Shown: positions 12,218 to 24,715 of the stretch, one piece after another | Numbering within the stretch: the first letter of the stretch is position 1 | How the letters are laid out: every line of letters starts with the position of its first letter | Notes under the pieces: generated by a model | Seen by the model: the letters and a program-made list of their open reading frames with translations, nothing else | The model's database searches: none | Told to the model about the DNA's origin: nothing | Translations under genes and position numbers: made by a program | Source: Vicugna vicugna | Taxonomy: Eukaryota | DNA: 64,000 nucleotides | Assembly: GCA_013265495.1 (NCBI GenBank) | Contig: MU058824.1 | Location: 5,048,691 to 5,112,690 of the forward strand | Direction: 5' to 3'

Positions 12218-13269
12218 GATCAGAAAAATATTAGTCAAATAATAGGGATTACAAAACATTCTATTTACAAAGCATTCTGATCACACATTAGGAAAAAGAG
12301 ACTTTGGAGGTACTGGTTTTAGACCTTGATTCATTTATTGTTCTGAAGACAAGAAAGAATCAAGAGACAAAAATCAGTATGCCATTCAGAGTTAATTCTC
12401 TCTGAACTCACCAAAGGAGTAAGTGTGAGGAAGTCAGTGCTGGATTATTCATGCATACAGGTAAGGGGGCAGAGGCAACAAAGGAGACAAAGCCAAAAAT
12501 GTACTTAACCTCCAGCAGGAGAATATGCTATTAGCACAAAACCCCAGAGAACCAAGACTGAGTCTCCAAAGAAGAAGCACTAATAGACAATCTACTGATT
12601 ATGAGGCCAGGAGAGGGGAGGTTAGCCAGAGTCAGAAACTACGTGGAGAGACCCTGAGTTTCTCACTGCATCTGACCTATTACCCCTAAATAATGTTCTG
12701 CTTTATTTAGCTAAGCTAAGGGGAGGAATATTCCAAAACTTTCCTAAAGGTGACACATTTCTATACTGAAGAAATAAGGGCAAATATTAGGAAACAAAGT
12801 GTCTATGGAAGGGAAAGGCTAAGAGTAGAAGAAAAGGGAATGTGAAAAGTAGGAGGTGACAGGAGAAACAAAATACAAGGAAGTGAGGTGAGACAAAGGA
12901 CAGAAAGAAAAAAGGTAGGTCAAAAAGGTAGGTCAAGGGCAAAAGCCAGCTTTTCTCCCCCTACAACACCGCCCCAACTTCCTTAGAGAGTAACCCTCCT
13001 GGAACCACCAAGGAGGTTTCTAATTAGAAACTAAAAAAAGAAATTAAGGAAAAAACTTGTATGAAAAGAATTGTGCTTTCAATATGGCAGCAACAATCTC
13101 TGACTTTATACTCTCCCCCATAGCACCATTTTGCCTAAAATAGAAAACTTCTGGCTTCACTGAGAGAGACTGAGTGCAGGCTTGGTTACTCAGATTAAGG
13201 AGGACCTGTGAACTTGTTTGAGGGTAAAAGTTGAAAAGCCCCTTGAAAATTAAAAGGCTGCGAAAATTT

Positions 13270-13780
13270 ACTCATTCAAACATTTATTGAGTGCCTACCA
13301 GTGCAAGGCTAAAGAACACAGAAGACTCAGAGTACAGAGTTCATTTAATAGGAGAGAGAAAATACAAATACAAGGAAGTAACTATCTGGAGAATAGTGCA
13401 AACCAAATGCTATATAACTTGAAGGTAAGATCACTTCCTGTTTGGGTGATCAGGGAAATCATTATGGAGGATATGATGCTGAAAGACAGGTGAGTTTTCA
13501 ATAGGTAAAGATAGGGTAGGTGGAAGGGAGATAGTATCTTCTAGAATTTGGATAAAAGCAACAGCACAAGTAAAGGCCCAATGGTGGGAAAGAATTTTTT
13601 TTTTTTTTGAGGAATACTTTGCAGCTCATTTGGCAAGTACATAAAAGGCCATAAAAGGGAGTGACAGAAAATGAACCTGGAAAAGTAGGTTGGAGAAAGT
13701 AATCCAATCTGGGGCAGAGATGGGCCCGAGGCACAGAGTAGGCACTCAAACAAAACTGAATGAAATACTGAACAATGAGG
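13270..13780. mobile_element. Old L2 fragments
   Basis: CATTCAAACATTTATTGAGTGCCTAC and GGCACAGAGTAGGCACTCAA motifs typical of L2 3' ends. Confidence 0.6.
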
Positions 13781-14428
13781 CTCTCCGGTATGTGGTGCTC
13801 CTGGATTGAGTCCCTGTCTTTAAATCCAGAGCACAGGGAAAACTTCACCAGAGAAGGAAAGAGAATTTAAACCTTTTTTTTTCTCATGGGTTACATCTTC
13901 TACTTGAAAATCTTAAGTTATCTGAGCTCTCTTAGGCTGCCTTTGAGTAGTTCTCTGGTGCAAACACTCAGGATTCCAAACTCAGAAAGCTCACACTCCA
14001 TGAGAAATTCTAGTGACAGGACAAAACTTGGCCCCTCTTACCATCTACTGAATGCCTAATCACTGGGACTCAATTCTCTTCCTCTCATCAGAAAGGTAAC
14101 ACAGTGATGTCAGCCTAGGACTGTGAATCCTGCTGGAAAGAAGTGGCTGCCCATTCTCTAAACTCTAGAACAATGCTGGTCTCCAGCATGGCTGGGCTGC
14201 TTCAAGGAAAGTCAGACCATGTGCTCAGCCTCTTCATTTCACAAAACCAACGATGTCGCGCAGAACGAAATTTCTTCTAGTCACTGCACTCCTTAGCTAA
14301 GAGACCAAAGGAGAGGGTTTCCTACAATAGGGGGCTGACAAGACTACCTGTCTGTGGGGAAAAAATATCGGGAAATCCTATCAGGATTTTAACTGGGACT
14401 TTGGTTTGAGATTTCTCTTTTTCTCTCT

Positions 14429-14433
14429 GCGCG

Positions 14434-14471
<38 letters not shown>
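14429..14471. repeat. Compound (GC)n(AC)n microsatellite
   Basis: About 43 bp of alternating purine-pyrimidine, read directly. Confidence 0.95.
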
Positions 14472-14475
<4 letters not shown>

Positions 14476-14655
14476 CTTCAAGAAACCAGCCTGAAAGGAT
14501 GCAACATTCCACTGCAGGTAATTGTCTCCTGAGATTCAAGAAGGGGAGAAGGGGGAAATGAAATTACATATGCTTGCATGCATGAATATCCAGCTTCATA
14601 GTTCAGAGGGAGTATGTTAAAGGGTAAGACAAAGAAAATTTAAATTCTTACGTAC

Positions 14656-14691
14656 TCTGTTGCTCTCCCCAGCCCAAATAGTTCCAGTGAC
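14656..14691 (-). CDS. UNC13B: Frame-preserving 36-nt alternative cassette exon, (C)HWNYLGWGEQQ(T)
   Basis: TTTTCTTAG|GTCACTGGAACTATTTGGGCTGGGGAGAGCAACAGA|GTACGT; phase 1-1 fits between exons 7 and 8; peptide resembles the remembered UNC13A segment CNWNYFGWGEQ preceding [14 protein letters not shown]. Confidence 0.85.
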
Positions 14692-15405
14692 CTAAGAAAA
14701 CCGCAAATGGTAGCAAAGAAGAGTGGCAGAAACAATTTTAGGATGAATTCAAAGATCATTTCCCATCTCACAAATTGTTATACACCTTACCTTACTTGAG
14801 CCTACCCTACCTGTATTCCATTTATTTTTCATAACATAATGCTTCTACCAAGCATACGACAAATCTACCAAGTACTCTTGCTCTCTGCAATTCACTACAT
14901 AGAGAATAACAGAAAAACGACTGCTTCTGTACTCTTTTAAATCTCCTTCTGGCCTAGGTCTCTCTCAGAACAACATCATTTAGAAGGTAATATACCCTTC
15001 TGTGTTCAAAATGAGAAAAATCTGACCTGCTTCTAAGAAAACCCTTCCTCATCTCTGTGTTCACCAATCCTGAGCCTATTACAGGATACCCACGAGCAGC
15101 TCAGACCTGACTGCAGTGGGAAAGAATGATTCCTTAATCCAGGAAAAGTGGTATCTAATTTTGCTGCTCTCTATTGAAAGTTAAAAGGCCAGAGAATGGC
15201 ATTAATCTCTAATCTTCCAATATGTGACAAAACACAGATACAGCCAGTTTTTTTCTGAATTGTCTATAAATTTTTAATAAAATCCATTAAAATAAAGAAA
15301 CTTTGAATGACAGAAAACTGAAAACATTTTCTACTCATTTTTCAAGATTAAAAAATTCAATATTAATTGGATTTAAATCCTATCCCATATCCAAACCAAA
15401 TCTGA

Positions 15406-15593
15406 GACAAAGAAATCACTAAAAATAGGTCTTTATCCCAAGAAATAAGGAATAATTTGGCTTCACAGTTAAGAAGAAATCACTAAAAATATGCCTTTAT
15501 CCCAAGAAATCACTAAACTAATGTGACAAAGAAATCACTAAAAATAGGCCTTTATCCCAAGAAACAAGGAATAATTCGGCTTTATAGTTAAGA
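15406..15593. repeat. Local complex tandem duplication
   Basis: GAAATCACTAAAAATA.G.CTTTATCCCAAGAAA appears three times (two full and one partial unit). Confidence 0.85.
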
Positions 15594-15770
15594 ATATGGA
15601 TAATGAAGTCAATGCTAAGTTCTTCTGGCACTGCCACATATAGAAGAAGTTATTATAGATGTCTCCTCATCTGTAATACGAGAATAATGAGTCTCATTGG
15701 TTTCTGTAAGGATATAAAAGAAAATGCATGTAAAGTACTTAGCACAGTCCCTGGAACATGGTAAGCAACT
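15594..15770 (+). mobile_element. MIR fragment
   Basis: CCTCATCTGTAA...GCATGTAAAGTACTTAGCACAGTCCCTGGAACATGGTAAG core. Confidence 0.6.
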
Positions 15771-16236
15771 GTAATTTCTTGTTGTCTTGTCGTGTTGCCA
15801 GGTTTTTGCTTCCCTTACAGCTTCCTAAAAGTAGGTAGTAGGAAGATTAGCACACTACAGTAGTCCCAATGTCTGCTGAGGGATCATCAACGCCTTGGTT
15901 AGAAAGCCCTCAGAGTTCTGAGGGTGCAGCTACCTTCAACGTCTGCTATAGTCTCAAAATTCTGTAAACACTAAATGAAGCCAATTCAGGCTGTCTTCCT
16001 TACCTGAGTTAACTCCCAGCCCTGGGGACATGGGACTAGGGATCAGTCACAGGCTGTTTAACTATATACTAAGAGTCAGTTTTCTTTCTTTGTACTTACC
16101 TTCTTCCTACTACCTATGTCTCTTCTTCTGAAGTTGGTTTAGCGTGCAATTTTAAAATTTTTAATAATTTATGTAACCTTCTAACCATGATGGGGAGAAG
16201 AGATTCTAAAAAAATTCTCCCAGGGTATATAGCACA

Positions 16237-16250
16237 GTTGCCATAACAAC
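16237..16250. promoter_or_regulatory. RFX X-box-like motif GTTGCCATAACAAC
   Basis: Matches the GTTGCCATRRCAAC-type consensus and sits inside the inverted repeat GCACAGTTG...CAACTGTGC. Confidence 0.45.
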
Positions 16251-17689
16251 TGTGCGAGGGTAACTACCTTGCCTCTTTTTCAAAGAAAACTGACAAATAA
16301 TCACACAGAACTTCAGAATATGCCTATCAACCTAGATTGCTCCAGGCAAGTGAGAATGCTGCTTCTCACTGAAACTCTGGGCCCAAAGAAGCCTCTCTTC
16401 ACAGTACACAGCCTCATTCTTGAATGCCCTCCAGCACTGCAGACAATTTCTAGTACGTAGGTGTTCAGTAAATATCTCTTGTATGAATAAATTAAATGAA
16501 TGATCTGATCCCATCTACTGGGTCCATCCCTAAGCCATGAAAACAAGAGTAATCATGCTCTCTGACCAACCAGTTCCCTATTCTCACTTTAGTCTGGTAC
16601 CATTATAAACAAAATAACACCAGTTTAATTAAGCAAGTTTCCTTTCCCACCCCAAAAAAGCACTAAAACATCTCACTAGCCAGTAGAACAATTACTGTGG
16701 ATAGTTAGGTTTTACCAGGCATAAGAACCAAGAAAAGGAGGGCGGAAGTGTTCCAGGAAAAGGAAATTATATATGCAAAGGCACGTTCAGTGAGCTGAAA
16801 ATAGTTCTAGCATATCCGAATGAGAAGCTGTAGGGTTATGAAAGAAACTGATCAAAGTGAGTCTTAAGTAATGTTTAGAAATTTAGTAATGTTAGGAATT
16901 TGGAATTATCTGGAGGGTAATACAGAGCTATCACAGAGCTTTTAAGCAGGGAAGAGACAGGATCAGATCTGCCTAAGAAGAGAATGGTGGTACAGCGTGG
17001 CCACTGATTGGTCCAGCAGGTAGACTGAAGACTAGAATCAGGGAGGCTGGTTAAGGAGGCTACTGCACTGACCTGAGGATGGCTAGGGAAGTAGCAGAGG
17101 AAGTGAAGTAGATATATTCATGAGACATCTCAGAAGTAAAATCAACAGGATTTAGTAAGTAATTGAATATGGAAAGCAAGGAAAATAAAGCCTAAATAAT
17201 ATTGCCCTGGTTTTTAGCTTGAGCTACTGGGTGAATATGACATCATTCATTAAGAAAAATACAAAAGAGGCGAAGAATGAAGGAGATGACAAATTCAGTG
17301 TTAGATATACTGGCTTTGTGGTATCTGTAGGACATCTCAAATGCATATGTCTGGTAGACCTAGATATATAGGTGTGGGGCTGAGAAAAGGTGTGGAGCAG
17401 AAGACTTGGATGTTTTCAGAATACAAGCTCCTGGAAGACAGGGATTTTTCTGCTTTGTTCCTTACTATATCTTTAGTGACTAAACAGTGCCTGGCACAAA
17501 GCAGAAGCTCAACAAATGAAAGAATAAAAATTGTAAGTAAATAAGAACAATGAGGCAGAGAATGCAGATAAAAAAAAAAAACTGCATGTAGGGGAAGGGG
17601 GGAACCTACAGAACAGCCACATTTAAAAAAAGACAGGAAAAAAGAATGCAAATTTTAAAAAAATTTTTTTAAGCAGACAGAAAAAAAAG

Positions 17690-18330
17690 AACTGACAATA
17701 CAGTGTTGGTGAGGTTGTACAGAAACTAGAACTCTCATACATGGTTGGCAAGAATGCGAAGTGGTAGGCCACTGTGGAAAACAATATGGGCTTTTCTTAC
17801 AAAGTTATACACACACCATACAACCCAGCAATCCCCCGCCTGTGTATTTACCCAAGAGAAATAAAAACATGTTCACACAAAATCCTACACAAAAATGTTT
17901 ACAGTTGCTTAACTGTAAATGTTTACAGTTGTGCGAGTATCCTTCAACTGATGAATAAACAAACTGTGGTATATCCATATAGTAGAGTACTACCCCATAT
18001 AAAAAGTAATAAACTAGTGCCAGGCATAGATGAATCTCAAATGTATTACAAAAAGTGAAACAAGTCAGACTCAAAGCTACATGCTATATAATTCCATTTA
18101 TATGACTTTCTGGAAAAGGTGAAACCATAGGGACAGAAAACAGATTAGTGGTTGTCATGGGCCAAGAAAGGGAGAGGTTGACTACAAAGGGGTTTAAGTG
18201 AATTTTTAGGGTTGATGGAATTGCTCTTTATCCTGACTATGGTTATGGTTACATGACTGCAGGTCTTTGTCAAAACTAAAAGGGAGAATTTTACTATATG
18301 TAAATTATACTTTAATAAATCTAACTTAAA
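17690..18330 (+). mobile_element. Old L1M 3' fragment
   Basis: ACCCAGCAATCC, TTTACCCAAGAGAAATAAAAAC and ATAATTCCATTTATATGA motifs with an A-rich end. Confidence 0.75.
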
Positions 18331-19974
18331 AACAAAAAGTAAGAGTCCATGAAGAAGCCTGCAAAGAACCCAGAGAGGATGAAAAACTATGGTAAGTATG
18401 GCCCCTAAAGTCAGGAAAACAAGGTTTCAAGGAAGGAGTGAGTGGTTATAAGTGGTCAGTGCTACAGAGTAAAAAAAAATAATAATAATTAAAAACAAAC
18501 TGAAAAGGTCCTACTGAATTTAGAAACAAAAAGTTACTAAAAACTTTAATGACAGAAATTTTAATGAGTGAATGCTAGACTTTAGACTATTCAGAAGCAA
18601 ATGGAAGCACATGCAATGGAATAAGGAGACATCAAGAGATTCCACAATTCATACAGTAAAATACAGAATGTGAGCAAGGTATAGGGTGCTGTTTAACAAA
18701 GGATGTAGAAGAGGAAGCAAGCACAGAAAAGATATTGGAAAATGTGTTACAGAAAAAACTCCAAGAACATTAGGAGCTTTTAGAAAACTAGCAGCGTTCT
18801 CGAACTGGGCATTTACATACATCAAATGAGTGTCAAACTGACAATTTTAATGAGCAGGCTAATGTTTCCGACCTCCCTAGAGCCTCAAACCTCTTCAGCT
18901 AACACGCTTAACAAATGAATAACCAATTACCCTCCAGCTCAGTGGCACCCGATGCTACAGTCAGGCAGTCTAGAAACCTAGAGCCTCTACGGGCAGTGAC
19001 ACTTTATTCACAATATGTGCTCTCCTCAGACTGTGAGCACACCAAGGGTACATCAAGTCCAAAGCCACAAAATTCTGGACACTTCAAAACCAGAAACCAC
19101 AGGACAATTCCTAAAATTCCTCTCTACTTTGTCTTCCATGTCCAATCTGTTAACAAGCTTAGTAATTAAGTCCATTCAAGTCTCCCTCATGTTGTCTCTT
19201 TCCCTTATGTTTCACTCTCCTTATCAAAGAACTCATTACCTCATGCCTAAATTATTACAGATTTTTGATTGGACTTTAGATCTTCTAATCTCTATCTCAT
19301 CCAACCTACTTAGCAGACTGCAACTAGACTAATTTTCCTAAATCCAGCTTTTCATCACATCATTACCCTTTCAACAATTTACAACTCTTTTTAAAGAATG
19401 TATTTATCTTCCTGACTTTCCAAACTCTCTATAATCTGCTATCAAATAAATATCAAACCCACTGTTAACCAGTCCTCCAAAACAAAGTCCTTGATATTGG
19501 CAAACAGATTGTCACAATTCCTATGCTTGCCATACGCTGGAGATGGAGAGAAGTGAGTTCAATTTCCCCTATCTGTCCCCCAGCTTCTGAAGCTGGGATG
19601 TTCTTCACTCCTACTCCATGTTGGTACAATGGAAATGGTTTGAGTTTGGAACCAGATAAAACTAGGTTCAAAGCCATCACTTACTAGCTAAGTAACCTTA
19701 GGCTGATTAACTTCTCTATACTTGTTTGTCATCTATCCCAAGTGAAGAGTAATACCACTTACCTCTCAGATTTGTATAAATATTGAAAATCACATATGTA
19801 GCATTTAAACACCATGTGCTAGACAAATGGTAATTATTCAGTAAATGTTCCTTATCTTCCCTTATATAGTTGGTACCCATTCTTAAGTTCCACTTAAACA
19901 ATTCTCCATAAACAATGCTGAATGACTGTAGCACAGTCTCTCTGTTAACTGAAATAAAAACCACCTGCCTATTT

Positions 19975-20515
19975 CTTAATAAGTTAAATACACACTTATC
20001 TTTATGATCCAGCCATTCCATTCCTAGGTATTTAACCAAGAGAAATGAAAACACATGATCATGCAAATGTTCACATTATTCATTAATAACTGGAAACAAC
20101 CCAAATGTCTATCAAAACAAAGTGTGGTATGCCCATATAATAGAACACTACTCGATAAAAAGAAATTACTGATACACTCAACAAAAGGGAAGAATCTCAA
20201 ATCCTGCTGATTGAAGGAAGCTAAACACAAAGGAATACATGCTATATGTTTCATTTACATAAAACTCTAGGAAACAAAATTTGATCTATAGTGATAGAAA
20301 GCCTATCAGTAGTTGCCTGGAGCCAGGGATGGGGAGAAGGATGAACTGCAAAAAGCATGAGGAAATGTTTAAATATAATGGGAATGTTCTGTATTTTGAT
20401 TGTGGTGGTAGTTTCACTGGTATATACATCTGTAAAAAGTAATCAAACTGTACACTTGGGTCAAAATGGGTCAACTTTTTGTATGTATGTATCTCTGTAA
20501 TAAAGTTGATTTTTA
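19975..20515 (+). mobile_element. Old L1M 3' fragment
   Basis: TATGATCCAGCCATTCCATTCCTAGGTATTTAACCAAGAGAAATGAAAAC...AATAAAGTTG. Confidence 0.75.
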
Positions 20516-20715
20516 AAAAACACCTGCCTTAGAACTTAATTCATTCTATTGCTTGCCTTTGTCCAATTCATTCCATCCCTAGTATAGTCTTAAGTTCCCT
20601 GAGTTTAAAATCCGATCTCATACTTCCTTTATGTTCCTCCCATTGCTCAACACAGAGATCCTGTACTGAAGGAAATAACAATTGAATAAAAGCAGGTTCT
20701 TCTTAATCTTAGAAA

Positions 20716-20915
20716 GCAGTGTCTAAATTTTAATAAGAAATACTTGAGGCTCTTGTTTAAGATACAGATTCCTAGACTGTACTCCTAGAGATTTCAATTC
20801 AAAACACCTGGAGTGGCTTGGGAATCTGCATTTGTTGTTTTATCTGCTTTTTCAATAAGCAATTTTGGGACGTAATGCTAAGTGAGTTTTGAATTACATT
20901 TTGAAAAACACAGCT
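20716..20915. mobile_element. MER5-like hAT-Charlie DNA transposon relic
   Basis: ATACAGATTCCTAG...GGGAATCTGCATTT...TTTGAAAAACAC motifs. Confidence 0.55.
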
Positions 20916-23627
20916 ATAGAATTTCTTACATGAAAACAGCCAGTCTCTCAGAAGCATAGTGCTCCTACACTCACTGATGGAAGAAGCAGGCAGTCAGATG
21001 AGCTATCCAACTGAGCTGGAAGACAAGTTTAATGTGATCACAGGTAAATAAAAAAATTCTAGCAGGTCCAGGACCCAATTAAAAACGAATCCTTTTTCTT
21101 GAAGGCAAAGCTTCTGCACTATCCCTGCTGACAAGACTATAGCAACATAGTCACAGACTTCTTCTGCCTACTTCATCTCATTTCTAGTGGAAAATATAAG
21201 AAATCAGAAATAGTCACATTAAAAAATAAAGTCTATAGTTACCAAACAAAACACCCTCAGACTACTATTACATCACCAGTTAATAGTCCAGTGCTAGTCA
21301 TTTTTCCCATGACAATGAAGTGACAGGATATTTGAGCTCCAGAATTAAGTGAACAGCCATCTGTCTAGAACAGCAATGACAGGACTCATCTGTCAATTAC
21401 TAAATTATAGTAATTACCAGGTAGCTCACAAAGGACAATGAAGTCAAACATTAGAAATTATTCCCTTCCCTTTTTCCAGACAGGAGATTAGATAAATAAC
21501 ATAAAGCTTCTCTTTCCATGGAAAACAGTAAAGAATCTATAATTAAGGAAAGAACTTTGAACCTAACACAGGGGAACAACAAAAAGAAACCATTGCCCAA
21601 ATTTCCTTGTGAATAAATACATAAAAATCCAAAATAAAATATAAGCAAATCAAACATAGCATTATATTAAAGGAATATTTTTACCATAATCAAGTAGGGT
21701 ATGTTATAGGAAGGCAAAATGATTTATTAATAGAAATTGATTAATGCATTCATCACTGTTAGTAAGTCAAGGAAAATACCCATGAACAATTGGGTAAGTA
21801 CTATTAAGGAATTTTGAAATGTTCAATATCCACTCATTTTTAATACAAAAGCTCTACTGAGGTATAAAATGCTAAAAAGTACCAAAAGATAAATGAACTG
21901 CTCAATGAATACATGAACACACTCAAGTAATCAGTACGCAGATCAAGGAAGAATATTACCAGAACGCCAGCAGATCTCTTCCTACCCCTTTTCAGTCACT
22001 TGTCCAGCCTTTGAACCATCTGTTTCCCCTGCCCATCACACTTACCCCAGAGAGCCAACCATACTCCCCTTATTTCTTTCAAGTCTTTCTCAAAAGTCAT
22101 CTCACTGTGGCTTGTATACTAACCCCCTTATATAAAATTATAATTCAATTTCAATTCTAGCATTCCCAGTTGCTTTTCATCATCTACTCTTATTGGTCCA
22201 CTCTCTAATATCCTGTTTTATTTCCTAATTCATTATGTTTACTGTCTGTCTCCTCCCACCCAGGATCTTTGTCTGTTTTGCTTCCTGCTATATCCCAAGC
22301 ACCTAGAACAGACCCTGGAATATGTCCAAAAATGTTTGTAGAAGAAAAGGATTGAGGGATAGAGGGAGAAAGGGAAGGATTGGGGAGGGTGAAAGGGCAA
22401 TGTGGATGGATGTAAGAAAAAGAGTATCAACAAAAGAACATAAAAGGTACAATCTTTCTAGCACATAATTTAACAAAATTTTAAATGTGCATATTCCTCA
22501 ACCCAGTAATTCTATTTAACATAAATACATTAATTCAACTAATATTTACTGAGCAAAGGTACTAGGGATATACAAATAAGCGTTTTCCCTATTCATGAAA
22601 TTTATGGCCTAGAAAGGAAAACAAACATTAATCAAATAATCACACACACTGAGTAAGTGACAAAGGAAAGGTAAAAGCAGAGGTACAATAAAAGAATATA
22701 TAATAAGGGAGACAGATCCATCTGCACGTTTACAAAAAATACTTGTACAAAGTTGCTCACTATAGCTCTGTTTAGTAGCAAAAATTTGGGAAAAAATCCA
22801 AATATCCATCAAGAGGAGAAGTTTTAAATTACGTTATAAAATTTGAGTCTGCTCAATCTTCTAGGCCCAATTACACACAATTTACAGAAAATACAGAGGC
22901 CAAAAACTACACTATGGGAATGTATTGAGCAAAATTCAGAATATGGGAAACTCTTAAGTCAAACAAATGGTTTAATTGCTTCAATAAAAAAACTACAAGG
23001 AAGAAATTAAGAGATGGAAGAGGAATCTATAGATTAAAAAAAAGAATTATAAGATATATAAAAAATACATACAAAAAATGTTTAGTGATGTGCACTTGAG
23101 TTACAAAATATAAAGAAATTGAAGAAGTTATTATCATAAAGTTGGGATAGTAGTAATTTTTAGGGAGGAAGAGATTGTGATTGGGAAGAGGCATGTGGAA
23201 GGCTTTCTGGGGTACCTGGCAAAGGTCTATTTTTCACCTATCTTATATTAATTTATTAAAATAAACATTTATTTTACGAGGGTATCTCTATGTATGTTAT
23301 ATTCTACAATTAAATCAATTTTTTCAGTGCATCAAACTGCTCATATCAGTACAACCACCACCATCTGATTACTTCATTCCTCTGCATAAAGTCTTCAAAG
23401 GCTCTCCATTGTCTTCAAGATAAAGTATAAACAGCTTGCTATGGCATTCAAACCCTTCATCACATGAGCACTCTGTGTCTCTCTGGCCTCATCTTATCCC
23501 CTGCCCTCAAGCCATCCAGAATTTTCAACATGCTTAATTCATGGTTTTTCATCATAGTGTCCTAGTACCATAAACTCTTTTTCCTTGACTAACTACCACT
23601 TATCCTTTAAAACTTAGTTTATTTCAG

Positions 23628-24715
23628 AGGTTTGGAGGGAGGGAGGAATGGATACGTAGAGCACAGGAGAATTTTACAGCAGAGAAACTATTCTGTATGG
23701 TACTATTAAGGTAGATATTAGTCATTACATATTAGTCAAAACCCATAGAATATGTAGGAATATAGCATACATTTAAATATAATTAACACTGCTGTATGTT
23801 ACATATGAAAATTGTTAAGGGTAAATTCTAAGAGTTCTCATCACAAAAAAATTTTTTTATTTCTGTATTTAATTTTGTATCTATACAAGATAATGGATGT
23901 TCACTAAACTTATTTCATTTTTTTAACATTTTTTATTGAGTTATAATCATTTTACAATGTTGCATCAAATTCCAGTGTAGAGCACAACTTTTCAGTTATA
24001 CATGAACATATATATATTCATTGTCACATTTTTTTCTCTGTGAGCTACTACTATAAGATCTTGTATAGTGATCGGTTTATTCAAGTGGTCAGTTTCTTCT
24101 TGATTTAATCTTGGTGGACCGTATGTTTCCAGAAACTTGTCCATCTCCTCTAGGTTATCCAGTTTGGTTCCATATAGTTTTTCATAATATTCTCATATGA
24201 TATTCTGTATTTCTATTTTATTTGTTATAATTTCTCCATTTTCCTTTCTTATTTTGCTAATTTGTGCTCTCTCTTTTTCCTTCTTTGTAAGTTTGGCCAG
24301 AGGTTTGTCGATTTTATTTACTTTTTCAAAAAACTAGCTTTTGGTTTGATTGATTTATTGGTTTGATTTTCTATGGTTTTTTTAAATCTCTATTTTATTT
24401 ATTTCCTCCCTGATCTTTATAATTTCCTTCATTCTGCTGCCTTTTGGGGTTTTTGGTTCTTCTTTTTCTAGTTCTTATATTTCCCTGTGCTATACAGTAT
24501 ACTCTTGTTTATCTATTCTACATTTTGAAATCCCAGTCTGTCCCTTCCCACCCTAAATTTATTTCATGATGTATATAAATCAAATCATTACACTGTACAC
24601 CTTAAACTTATGCAGTGCTATATCTTAATAAAATTGGGAAAAAAACAAAGAAAAACCCTATAGAATGTACAACACAAAAAGTGAAGCATAATGTAACAAA
24701 TAGACTTTGGTTGAT
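23628..24715. mobile_element. Nested cluster of L1 fragments
   Basis: A minus-strand young L1 3' end (about 23915-24553; TSD CTAAACTTATTTCAT/CTAAATTTATTTCAT) lies inside an older plus-strand L1 3' end, itself inside a still older L1 relic. Confidence 0.7.

Noticed and set aside
15406..15593. Repeat-spacer-like pattern
   Set aside because: Irregular local tandem duplication in a mammalian intron; no unique spacers or cas genes, so not CRISPR.
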